A stretch of 45,983 nucleotides of DNA from a virus (taxonomy: Duplodnaviria > Caudoviricetes). Of the stretch, positions 8,783 through 17,656 are shown in pieces. The stretch lies in the IMG/VR virus record IMGVR_UViG_3300017902_000440, positions 1 to 45,983 of that record; one strand, given 5' to 3'. Under the pieces are notes generated by a model. It worked only from the letters and a program-made list of their open reading frames with translations, was not told where the DNA came from and ran no database searches. Both the position numbers and the translations under genes were made by a program. Numbering within the stretch: the first letter of the stretch is position 1; each line of letters opens with the position of its first letter.

Positions 8783-9063
8783 AGACATTCGCTCAATTTG
8801 TAGAAGATAAAGGTATGGAAGGTATGTCCGTCAAGGGTGGACATAAACGAACTGTCAAGCAGGGTGCAGGCCTAACCAAGAAGGGTGTCGAGAAGTATCG
8901 CCGACAGAACCCAGGCTCTAAATTGCAGACCGCAGTTACGACTCCACCCAGCAAACTTAAGCCTGGCAGCAAAGCTGCAAAAAGACGCAAATCATTTTGT
9001 GCAAGAAGTAGAAGTTGGACAGGCGAAAGAGGTAAAGCTGCCAGACGTAGATGGAATTGTTAG
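8779..9063 (+). CDS. small basic internal-protein-like protein (resembles DUF6321)
   Basis: MKTFAQFVE resembles the T4 internal-protein capsid-targeting sequence MKTYQEFIAE; GLT.KG...YRR.NPGSKL..., RRKSFCAR, RRRWNC. Confidence 0.8.
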   Translation: MKTFAQFVEDKGMEGMSVKGGHKRTVKQGAGLTKKGVEKYRRQNPGSKLQTAVTTPPSKLKPGSKAAKRRKSFCARSRSWTGERGKAARRRWNC

Positions 9064-9074
9064 GGGATAAATAA

Positions 9075-9323
9075 GTGAAGTGGTTATGGGAAAAAATAAA
9101 ACTCTGGTTCTTAGAAGAATATGAACTAACAGTTTATTTTCCAGGCAAAACAGATATAATGCCTGACGGTTCTCGTGTGGAATCCGCCAGTCCAAAAACC
9201 TACCATGCAAAAAAGATTGTTAGGTTGAAACAAACACATATCATTTTTGTAGATATGGAAAATAAGAGGCACGAAATAAAAGTAGTGAATCCCGTTGGAT
9301 ATGATTTAAAGAAAATTTACTAA
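9075..9323 (+). CDS. hypothetical protein
   Basis: 82 aa, GTG start, preceded by a GATAAATA late-promoter variant (9066-9073). Confidence 0.7.
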   Translation: MKWLWEKIKLWFLEEYELTVYFPGKTDIMPDGSRVESASPKTYHAKKIVRLKQTHIIFVDMENKRHEIKVVNPVGYDLKKIY

Positions 9324-9335
9324 CTTGGTAATGAA

Positions 9336-10940
9336 ATGAGTGTTGATGTATTATTATTCACTGGTATGGCTGCGTATGCCAATACCGTGAGAGACTTTGG
9401 TGATAAACCCGTCTATGAAACCAGAAGTAGAACCTCTGGAACCTATCGAATCGCAACTTACATTAGAGAAGAATTTGATCTTGACGTAGAAGTTATAGAT
9501 TTCATCTTTTCGTGGACATTGGACGAACTCAAAGAAATTTGCAGAAGTAGAATAGGCCCTGATACTAGAATGGTAGGTATCGGTGGTATATTCTTTCTGA
9601 GTGCTCCAGTTTGCATACAGTTGTTTGAGTGGGTCAAACAAGAATATCCTCATGTTACCACAATTGCGGGCAGTCAGGATATCTGGTCTATTTCCCAGAT
9701 ACCGAATATAGATTACTATGTCACTGGATATGGTGAGTTGGGTGTCAAGGCAGTTTTAGAAGGAAATCCAATCTACAGAGATTTCCAGATGTTCCCACAC
9801 ATGCCCATGATCAAAAACGTTGACTGTTGGAGAACAAAAGAGTATAACGCATACCCGTGGCCCATACTTACAATCAACTACGAAAAAAGAGATTTTATCA
9901 TCCCAGAAGAAGTGTTGTCATTTGAGACTTCTCGTGGATGTCGTTTCAAATGTTCCTACTGTAACTTCCCGATCCTTGGTGTCAAAGATGACTATACCAG
10001 AGATGCGGATGACTTTGACACAAACCTAAGAAGAAACTATGATGATTGGGGTGTCACCGAATACATCATCACAGACGATACCTTCAACGACTATGTAGAA
10101 AAGATTCGCAAGTATGCTGATAGGGTAGAACAAATGCCCTTCACACCAAACTTTACTGGATATGTCCGTGCTGACTTGTTGACTATGAGAAAGGGTGATC
10201 TGGAGGAAATGGCTAGGATGCGATTCAACAGTCACCTCTATGGTATCGAAAGCACAAACTACGAATCAGCAAAAGCAATAGGTAAGGGTGGTAAACCAGA
10301 AAAGATATTGCCTGGTATCCTAGAAGCGAAAGAGTATTTTCTTAAGCACAACGGATTCTATCGTGCTGAGATGAGTTTCATTTGGGGGTTGCCACACGAG
10401 ACAAGAGAAACACTAGATTTCACTTTTAACTGGTTGGATGAAAATTGGGTGGGTGAAGCGGTGTCAATGTTTCCCCTTCATATCATGCGAGACAATGGAT
10501 TTACCAGACCGAATGACATGTCTAACAACATGGATAAGTATGGATATACTACCATGCAACCAGTTGAGGTAACGCCTGTTGGCAATCGACTAGATCATAT
10601 ATTTGAAAACCCCAACATCCATCCATACTTCAAAGACAGAATAAGAAAACAAATACCCGATCCCAATAGCCCACAGTTTCAGATGGGTAGTTATTTGTGG
10701 AAAAACGAACATTTTGACTACATTGAATCCTTCATAGGGGTGCAAGAGAATCTTTTTGGGCACGAAAGGTTCTGGGATCGTGCTGTTCCGACTTTCAACC
10801 AAGCAAACTGGCACGCTGTTGGATACAAAAAAGAGGACATGATGAAAACTTTTAGGGAATTGGGTCATATGATGAACCCACCAGAAGAATTGGTCAAACA
10901 GTCCATCGAAGATTACAAACAGAAGAAGTTATCTTTATAA
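9336..10940 (+). CDS. B12-binding-type radical SAM protein
   Basis: ETSRGCRFKCSYC (CxxxCxxC), DDTFND, YGIES, FIWGLPHET; N-terminal Rossmann-like region with G.YRIA..R and GYGE. Confidence 0.85.
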   Translation: MSVDVLLFTGMAAYANTVRDFGDKPVYETRSRTSGTYRIATYIREEFDLDVEVIDFIFSWTLDELKEICRSRIGPDTRMVGIGGIFFLSAPVCIQLFEWVKQEYPHVTTIAGSQDIWSISQIPNIDYYVTGYGELGVKAVLEGNPIYRDFQMFPHMPMIKNVDCWRTKEYNAYPWPILTINYEKRDFIIPEEVLSFETSRGCRFKCSYCNFPILGVKDDYTRDADDFDTNLRRNYDDWGVTEYIITDDTFNDYVEKIRKYADRVEQMPFTPNFTGYVRADLLTMRKGDLEEMARMRFNSHLYGIESTNYESAKAIGKGGKPEKILPGILEAKEYFLKHNGFYRAEMSFIWGLPHETRETLDFTFNWLDENWVGEAVSMFPLHIMRDNGFTRPNDMSNNMDKYGYTTMQPVEVTPVGNRLDHIFENPNIHPYFKDRIRKQIPDPNSPQFQMGSYLWKNEHFDYIESFIGVQENLFGHERFWDRAVPTFNQANWHAVGYKKEDMMKTFRELGHMMNPPEELVKQSIEDYKQKKLSL

Positions 10941-10943
10941 ATA
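10936..10943 (+). promoter_or_regulatory. T4-type late promoter
   Basis: TATAAATA upstream of AGGAG-ATG 10974. Confidence 0.8.
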
Positions 10944-10973
10944 TATTGAAACAACAAATTTAGGAGCATCAAC

Positions 10974-13289
10974 ATGCCAGTTGAACGACACATACGGGAA
11001 ATACTGGAAGGTGGTCAATCATCTCTACTAGAAGCCGATATGTCAAGACGCCTTGATATGTTGGTAAGACAGGGATTGATGCCAGTTTCAAAACTTCCTT
11101 TACTTAAACGTGGTCTTGAGAAACTACAATTAGGTAAAGTGGGTAGCCCACAAGAAAGAGAAGCAGTTAGTTCTTTGCTGAATTCCATGATGTTCATTGT
11201 GTTGGGAGATGACACGGTATTTAACCGAGCTCGCCAACATACACAAAAGAATCGGTATCAAGCCGAGGAGAGTGAGAATGTCGAGGAGTGTAAGGACGAA
11301 GAAGATTTCAAACCTCATATGATGTATGACCCAAAGACCGGCAAAGGTTACAAGGCAAACAAATACGAAGACCATGTGCGAATGGACAAGATGGGTTACA
11401 CTCACGACAAACCAAAAATGAAAGAAGAAATGGATATGTGCGATTGCGATTGTGAGTGCGATGGCAATATCTGTGAGACATGCGGTTTGATGAAACCAGT
11501 ATTGGAAGGTTCAGAATACTCTATGCCTGCTGAAAAGTCCAAAGAAGAAACCAAGAAGATAAAAGACAAAATGAGGGCAAAGGCAGCGATGAAGCCTAAG
11601 GGATATCAGGAAGAATATGATACTCCTGCTAAGAAAAAGAAAGTCTCTCAGATGACTGATGCTGAAAAGAAAGCAAATGATGAGAGGCGAAAGGCTTACA
11701 ACGAGTTTCAAAAGAAAAATCGTATGAATGAAGAAGCCACTGCGAACCACGCTGACAAGATTGAAAAACACTTAGGTAAAAATTATATCGCTCAAGTTGA
11801 AGATGGCGGTCATATCAGTGTTATTCACAAAAATGCTAAGTCAGCTGAAAGGGCACATGAGATTCATGTCCACGGAGGTCACGCAAAGGTTGTTCATACT
11901 GAGACTGGCGAGACAAAGGGCAAGGTAGAGTATAAAGGTGTTCAACACTTGGATAATTTATCTAAGTTGGCGAAAAAACACGACTCTCATCTCAAGGAAG
12001 AACTAAAAGATTTTCGCCACCTACAACAAGATTCTACAGAACTCAACGGTGACGGTAACCGAGACAGGGGCCGTTACGGTGAAGACCTAACAGGAGATAA
12101 AGAAATGTTTCAATTCCAGCCAGGCAACCCATTTGCCAAAGTAAAGAAAGAAATGCAAGAGGGCATGTATAAAAGAATGGCGACTGATGCTGAAGAAGAC
12201 GATAGACTGAAGGCACAGAAGAAAGCCGCTCGACTTTCCAAAAAGATGGCAAAACAGGAAAAGGAAACAGACCCAGGCCTCAAGGAAGCAGAGGACAAGT
12301 TTGAAGAACTTCTGGAGAAGAATGTTCCCACGAATCCAAAACTGTGGTCAAAGTTCAAGGCACAGGCAAAGGCGAAGTTTGATGTATATCCTTCTGCATA
12401 TGCCAACGGTTGGGCTGCAAAAAAATATAAGGCTGCTGGTGGTAGTTGGAGATCAGAGAGTGTAGAGTTTGATGAACTCGTTGATCAACTGGATGAGTAT
12501 ATTACTTCCAAACAGGTCAAGATGGCGAGGGGTATTGCAAACGATCCTCGCTACAAGGGTGGTGACATGACAGGTGCCGCTAAGAAGATGGAGAAGATTA
12601 AGAAAGGTCTCTCTAATCACCCAGGCGCCAAGAAGGCACTACGACTCGCAAACGAAGGTGTATTCGATGACTACACTGACGAAGAATTGGATGAGTTGAT
12701 CGAAATGGAATACAAGGCCAAGTTTCAGGCAATGCTGAAGAAAACTGGTAAGTCACTTGCTTCCATGTCACCCGATGAGAAGAAAAAGTTTTTTAATAGT
12801 GTAGATGCTGCTCACAGCGCAAAGAATGAGAGTTACACTATGAAGAATACCTACGCCAAGTCTGGTGCGATGGCAAAAGACAAGGCGAGTCACAACACTG
12901 GTGGTTTCCGAATCTCTAACAAGGATGCCGCCGCTGCAAAACAACGTCTGATGCAGAAGAAGGGCATGAAAATGGAAGATGCCGCTTCTGATGCAAAGAG
13001 AGACTACGATGCGGATGACAAGAAAGGTATGGCACCTTTGAAGAAAGACAAACCCGCTAAGGTTAGTTCTGCAAGTAATGCTAAGGAAATTGAACACATT
13101 GTTCCTCAACTCCGCAAGGCGATCACAGTTGGTAAGGAAGTTCAGTTCCAAGATGGGAAGACACACAAGGTCAGTAAGGGACACGCTGCAAAGTTCTTGA
13201 ATAAGTATATGAACAGCAAACCCGCTCAGAAGTCTGACATGCAATCGTCTGCCCACAAGAGCCATGATCATTTTATGAAACATGTATAA
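10974..13289 (+). CDS. multi-module charged polyprotein, probable internal head protein (includes a DUF5872-like module)
   Basis: Late promoter; many [LIVM]xE junctions; module PTNPKLWS..KAQAK.KFDVYPSAYANGW..K.YK..GG.W; Cys cluster CDCDCEC..ICETC. Confidence 0.75.
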   Translation: MPVERHIREILEGGQSSLLEADMSRRLDMLVRQGLMPVSKLPLLKRGLEKLQLGKVGSPQEREAVSSLLNSMMFIVLGDDTVFNRARQHTQKNRYQAEESENVEECKDEEDFKPHMMYDPKTGKGYKANKYEDHVRMDKMGYTHDKPKMKEEMDMCDCDCECDGNICETCGLMKPVLEGSEYSMPAEKSKEETKKIKDKMRAKAAMKPKGYQEEYDTPAKKKKVSQMTDAEKKANDERRKAYNEFQKKNRMNEEATANHADKIEKHLGKNYIAQVEDGGHISVIHKNAKSAERAHEIHVHGGHAKVVHTETGETKGKVEYKGVQHLDNLSKLAKKHDSHLKEELKDFRHLQQDSTELNGDGNRDRGRYGEDLTGDKEMFQFQPGNPFAKVKKEMQEGMYKRMATDAEEDDRLKAQKKAARLSKKMAKQEKETDPGLKEAEDKFEELLEKNVPTNPKLWSKFKAQAKAKFDVYPSAYANGWAAKKYKAAGGSWRSESVEFDELVDQLDEYITSKQVKMARGIANDPRYKGGDMTGAAKKMEKIKKGLSNHPGAKKALRLANEGVFDDYTDEELDELIEMEYKAKFQAMLKKTGKSLASMSPDEKKKFFNSVDAAHSAKNESYTMKNTYAKSGAMAKDKASHNTGGFRISNKDAAAAKQRLMQKKGMKMEDAASDAKRDYDADDKKGMAPLKKDKPAKVSSASNAKEIEHIVPQLRKAITVGKEVQFQDGKTHKVSKGHAAKFLNKYMNSKPAQKSDMQSSAHKSHDHFMKHV

Positions 13290-13292
13290 ATA
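13285..13292 (+). promoter_or_regulatory. T4-type late promoter
   Basis: TATAAATA upstream of AAGGAG-ATG 13327. Confidence 0.8.
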
Positions 13293-13326
13293 AAAGAGTT
13301 AGTAAAAAACCTAAAAGGAGAGAAAC

Positions 13327-14853
13327 ATGTCAGGTTGGGGAAAAGCGGACGATAAAACGTCCACAGGAACGATTACCATATCTGAACCCACCATTACTTT
13401 TAATGGTGCATCTGCTGTAGATGCTAACACTATCACTTCATCTGCACATGGTTTCCGCAACGGAGACTATGTAAAGTATGTTGATGGTGGCGGGACACAG
13501 ATTGTGGGTCTTACAGATACGTCTAGTTATTATGTGACTAACGTAACAACAAATACGCTGCAGTTAGCAGATTCATATCATAAGGCGATGATGAACATAC
13601 CGCAACCATTAACTATTACTGATGGTGCTGGTGCTTCACATGCGTTGACTCTTGAGTTCGACAAGGCGCATCGTGCTACTGTTACTGGTTCTGGAACTGG
13701 TTTCACTACAGAAGCTGCTACTGGTGATGTTCTGGTAACTGGAACACAGGAACTTCTGATTACTGAAATCGCTAGTGACACTGTTTGCACAGTTATCGCA
13801 TTTGATCGACAAACTGCGCCTGCAACTGCTTCTGGTGCAAACTTTACATTGAACGAGAAACCTACTTCTCTTGGTTCAGATGCCAATACCGATAACACTC
13901 TGGTGTTTGGTGTTGACAACACCGAGATTTTGCGTGGTTCTGACAACATCACAAGTGTTGCGGTCAATGCTGAAGGAACACAATACTTAGAAGTGCCTAG
14001 TGTTACAATTGCAGGCCCGTCTGCGAGAACTATCGCTACGACTGCTGTAACAACTGCGTCTAACAGTATTACCATTTCAGATCACAATCTTACTACTGGT
14101 GCTAAGTTGACTTACGCTGATGCGTCTGGAACTGCAATCACTGGTTTGACTGATGCGACCACTTATTTCGTAATCAAGGTTGACAACGATACTATCAAGT
14201 TGGCAACGAACTTGACCAATGCGAATGCTGGAACTGCTATTGCTCTTTCTGGAACTGGTAACAACTCACAGACACTTACAGGTGTAACTGCCACTGCAAC
14301 CGCTGCTATCGCTGGTGGTGTTGTGACAGGATTCTCTGTGACTGAGGTTGGTAGTGACTACACTGCTGCACCGTCTGTGACTGTTGATGTTCCAAGACGA
14401 ACCATTCCTACTTCTGGTGTTACAACTGGAGCAGATACCATCACTTACGCTTCACACGGTCTTTCAGTAAGTGACCAAGTTCGATATCAAGACGGTGGGG
14501 GCACTGCTATTACTGGTTTGACTGACAACACAACTTACTTTGTGAAGGCAGTGGCTGATGCGAATACTTTCACACTTGCTGCCACAGATGGTGGTGCTGT
14601 GATTGACTTAACTGGAACTGGTAACAACGCACAATTCTTTGAACTTCTCAGTGCCACGCAGGCAACTGCTGGGGCTGCGATGGGAACTGGTGCTGCTGGT
14701 GACCAAGGTTCAAGTGCTGCTCACTCTGGTTGGATTCGCCGTAAGGAACTTACTGGTGCTCACGCTGGTCGAGTGCAGTATGAAGTTCTTGTTGCTTTAT
14801 CTAAGAATGGTATCACGAGTGATGCCGCAGATGATACTCAGTTCTCTGAATAG
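13327..14853 (+). CDS. virion structural protein with three internal beta-rich repeats
   Basis: T/A/G-rich; three H[GN]..G..[VL].Y.D..GT.I.GLTD...Y[FY]V repeats; MS.WG N-terminus and AHSGW...GRVQYEVLVA C-terminus typical of T4-like marine virion proteins. Confidence 0.8.
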   Translation: MSGWGKADDKTSTGTITISEPTITFNGASAVDANTITSSAHGFRNGDYVKYVDGGGTQIVGLTDTSSYYVTNVTTNTLQLADSYHKAMMNIPQPLTITDGAGASHALTLEFDKAHRATVTGSGTGFTTEAATGDVLVTGTQELLITEIASDTVCTVIAFDRQTAPATASGANFTLNEKPTSLGSDANTDNTLVFGVDNTEILRGSDNITSVAVNAEGTQYLEVPSVTIAGPSARTIATTAVTTASNSITISDHNLTTGAKLTYADASGTAITGLTDATTYFVIKVDNDTIKLATNLTNANAGTAIALSGTGNNSQTLTGVTATATAAIAGGVVTGFSVTEVGSDYTAAPSVTVDVPRRTIPTSGVTTGADTITYASHGLSVSDQVRYQDGGGTAITGLTDNTTYFVKAVADANTFTLAATDGGAVIDLTGTGNNAQFFELLSATQATAGAAMGTGAAGDQGSSAAHSGWIRRKELTGAHAGRVQYEVLVALSKNGITSDAADDTQFSE

Positions 14854-14862
14854 GACTGATCA

Positions 14863-15309
14863 ATGGCCGATTCTAAACTTACAGAACTCACGGCGGCTAC
14901 ATCTGTAGCCGCCGCTGATCAACTCTACCTAGTCCAAAGTTCTACTAGTAAGAGGGTAACTGCCGCCAATGTTTTTGGTGCGATTGCCACTCCTACTGTA
15001 TTTAGCGACAAGGTATCTATTGGTGATCACCAAACAGTCACAAGTGCTGGGGTTCTGTCAAACGATGTAAACGTCCATATTATAACAAATCCCGCTAGTG
15101 GTGGAACACTTACCATGACTGCTGGTGTGGAAGGTCAATTGAAAATTATTATCATGTCATCAAATACCAGTGCGGTAACATTAACGCTTGATGATAGTGA
15201 TTTGGGACATGACACTATCACGTTCAATAATGCTGGTGATACTACCACGTTGATTTATGCTGGTAGTAAGTGGTGGTCTATTGGAGGCAGTGCCACAATA
15301 GTGAATTAA
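14863..15309 (+). CDS. virion structural protein (fibre/decoration-like)
   Basis: MADSKLTEL.AATS....D.LY.VQ..TSKRVT N-terminus common in phage fibre proteins; beta-rich C-terminus ending KWW. Confidence 0.7.
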   Translation: MADSKLTELTAATSVAAADQLYLVQSSTSKRVTAANVFGAIATPTVFSDKVSIGDHQTVTSAGVLSNDVNVHIITNPASGGTLTMTAGVEGQLKIIIMSSNTSAVTLTLDDSDLGHDTITFNNAGDTTTLIYAGSKWWSIGGSATIVN

Positions 15310-15323
15310 AATAAGAAGATGTA

Positions 15324-15701
15324 ATGGTTGATTTGAATGATGATAATTATCTTGTCTATGCTTTGAAAAATTATAACAGTCCAGAGTGTTCTGGAATGGA
15401 TGACTTTGAAGAAGACATGAAACGTTTTAAGTATCTCAAAAGATTGTTTAGGAGATATGAAAGAACAAATGTGTTGAATGACAGACTGATCTTGAACCAC
15501 TTAATAGTGTTATACAATGTTCTTGATCAAGCTGCAACACCTTTACTATTCTTCAAGATAGACAAACAACACTGGTCTATGTTGAAGACTTTTTTGGTTT
15601 TCTTAAATAGAATGCCGATAGAGTCAATAGTTACTGGTGGAGTTAGGGGTGATGACATCCAACTTGACTATGAAATAATTAACATACTAAGGAAAATCTA
15701 A
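15324..15701 (+). CDS. conserved T4-like hypothetical protein
   Basis: YA.KNY.SP.C...DF.ED.KRFKYLKRL..RY...RLILNH.IVLYNV pattern. Confidence 0.8.
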   Translation: MVDLNDDNYLVYALKNYNSPECSGMDDFEEDMKRFKYLKRLFRRYERTNVLNDRLILNHLIVLYNVLDQAATPLLFFKIDKQHWSMLKTFLVFLNRMPIESIVTGGVRGDDIQLDYEIINILRKI

Positions 15702-16249
15702 TGTCACGAGTTGTTGACACTCTAATTGCTTATCGGATATTGAGAATGTTTTCTCAACCCGTTACACAGCATCCAGCGTATCAGTTGGGGATCATCAACA
15801 AGGACTATGAAAAGATAAAAGAACCCAGCAGTCAATCAGAATTGGATGCGTATACTATTTTAGATAGAATGGCTTTTAGAATACGAAAAGCTCTGATGAA
15901 GTCAAATGACAGAACTGCAAAACGCCTCTTGACATTCGCAGCTGCGATTGCATTGTTGAGAGAACAGGAAGATTTTGACTCAATGGATGACGATGAGTTT
16001 GAAGTTCTCTTGGACATGTATTCTCAAGATGAGAGTGTAATTAACGAGGCGAAGATATTGGAGTCTGGAAAAATCCCATTTAGGTATTTTATGATGGGAG
16101 AGGAAATCGCAAACGTGGCAGGGCCGATGGGTGGTGGTGCAATCGCCGGTATTGGAACTGGGCCGCAAGGTGAGCCAGGCAGGAACCCTTCACTGATGCC
16201 TCTTCAAAGACGAACCAAGAAAAAGAAGAAGCAGGCAAATGTCAACTGA
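15701..16249 (+). CDS. conserved T4-like hypothetical protein
   Basis: VD....YR.LR....P....AY.LGII; C-terminal EEIAN..G...GAIAG.G..GEPG module. Confidence 0.8.
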   Translation: MSRVVDTLIAYRILRMFSQPVTQHPAYQLGIINKDYEKIKEPSSQSELDAYTILDRMAFRIRKALMKSNDRTAKRLLTFAAAIALLREQEDFDSMDDDEFEVLLDMYSQDESVINEAKILESGKIPFRYFMMGEEIANVAGPMGGGAIAGIGTGPQGEPGRNPSLMPLQRRTKKKKKQANVN

Positions 16250-16676
16250 TACCAGAATTGCAGTATTAGAAAACGAGATGGAAAAGATGGACGGATTCTT
16301 TTCTCGGCTGGATGTGTCCATTGAAAAAATAACTGAACTTAATGTTTCAATCCGAGAAGTTTTGGCATCACATGAAACCCGATTGAACACCCAAGAAGAA
16401 GAATTGGAGAGTCAATTTACGATGTTCGATCAGAGGTATGAACAACTACATTCCCGTATTTCTACAGTCCAACGAGAACTGTCTGGTGAGGTGCAAAGTG
16501 AAACCACTAAGGTTATGGCTGCACTTAATGATCTAAGAAAAGAAATACTAGCACACGCCGAGAAAGAAGAAGAACGTATCCGACACGTTGAACGTAGACA
16601 GTGGATGATAATGGGTGCAGCTGCTGTTGCTGGATTCATACTAGGAAATACGAGTATTATGCAACTCTTTGGATAG
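16239..16676 (+). CDS. coiled-coil protein with C-terminal TM helix
   Basis: Heptad pattern followed by VERRQWMIMGAAAVAGFILG. Confidence 0.8.
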   Translation: MSTDTRIAVLENEMEKMDGFFSRLDVSIEKITELNVSIREVLASHETRLNTQEEELESQFTMFDQRYEQLHSRISTVQRELSGEVQSETTKVMAALNDLRKEILAHAEKEEERIRHVERRQWMIMGAAAVAGFILGNTSIMQLFG

Positions 16677-16690
16677 AAAAATTTTTTATT

Positions 16691-17632
16691 ATGAAATATC
16701 TTGTGATTGATGATAACGAGAAAGTTCACCACTTACTTAAAGGCAGATATGAGAACGAAGATGTTCTCTTTTACAATGCCAACGAAGCAGAACTAAGACC
16801 AGACTACGACTACAGGACTCTGCTAGCAAAGAGTTACACTGAAATCACTGGCAATGTCCACAGTCACATCTTCAAAAATCCCAAACACAAAACAATATCT
16901 TGGCCTCTCTGGTGGTTGTTAGATACTATCGGAAAGTGTTGGCATCCAGAAAATCCAACAGACCCCGATAGATACTGGCAAACTACCAAGTTTCCCGAAC
17001 AGTTGTATACATGTATGTTAGGTCAAGACAGGCCTCACCGAGTGATGATCCACGATTTACTGAATCGGTATGATGTCTACTCGCCGTATCACACGTTTGT
17101 CGCAAGGGGCATATACAAAGACATCTCTCAACCCAGATGCGATGAAGTGGCTAGGGTTAGATGGACGCCAGAAAATCAGGTCTTGACACACCAGTTCCCA
17201 CCGTGGTATGATGATGTAATAATTGATCTGGTAGTAGAAACCCACGAAGATATGACTTTCTACACAGAGAAGACTTGGAAGCCTTTTTTAGGAATGAGAG
17301 TGCCTTTCATATTTGGTAACGTTTATATGAATGAACAGTTGGGTGAGTGGGGATTCTGGATAGATGACTGTGATATATTTGATCTAAGTTTTTACCAAGA
17401 ACCACACCCATATCTCAGAGCAAAGATGCTGGTGAAAGAATTACAGAGGATTCAAAGAGAAATACCACTCAAGGTGATACATGAGAAAACACTAGAAATG
17501 AGAAAACACAATCAAAGACAGTGTTTCAATATATTGGATGATATCAGGATGTATGAGGGGGTGCCCGTAAATCCAGATGATGTCAATATGCTACAAAAAG
17601 CAAGAGATATAAAATCTACCCTTGACTTCTAA
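16691..17632 (+). CDS. glycosyltransferase-like protein, TEKTWKP paralogue 1
   Basis: RPHR, DLVVET...FYTEKTWKP, GF, HN motifs resemble the GT10-like nucleotide-sugar binding motif; start at ATG 16691 avoids overlap. Confidence 0.6.
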   Translation: MKYLVIDDNEKVHHLLKGRYENEDVLFYNANEAELRPDYDYRTLLAKSYTEITGNVHSHIFKNPKHKTISWPLWWLLDTIGKCWHPENPTDPDRYWQTTKFPEQLYTCMLGQDRPHRVMIHDLLNRYDVYSPYHTFVARGIYKDISQPRCDEVARVRWTPENQVLTHQFPPWYDDVIIDLVVETHEDMTFYTEKTWKPFLGMRVPFIFGNVYMNEQLGEWGFWIDDCDIFDLSFYQEPHPYLRAKMLVKELQRIQREIPLKVIHEKTLEMRKHNQRQCFNILDDIRMYEGVPVNPDDVNMLQKARDIKSTLDF

Positions 17633-17650
17633 CTATAGATTTGGTATTAT
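17622..17650 (+). promoter_or_regulatory. sigma70-like promoter for primase
   Basis: TTGACT-17 nt-TATTAT. Confidence 0.7.
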
Positions 17651-17656
17651 ACTATC

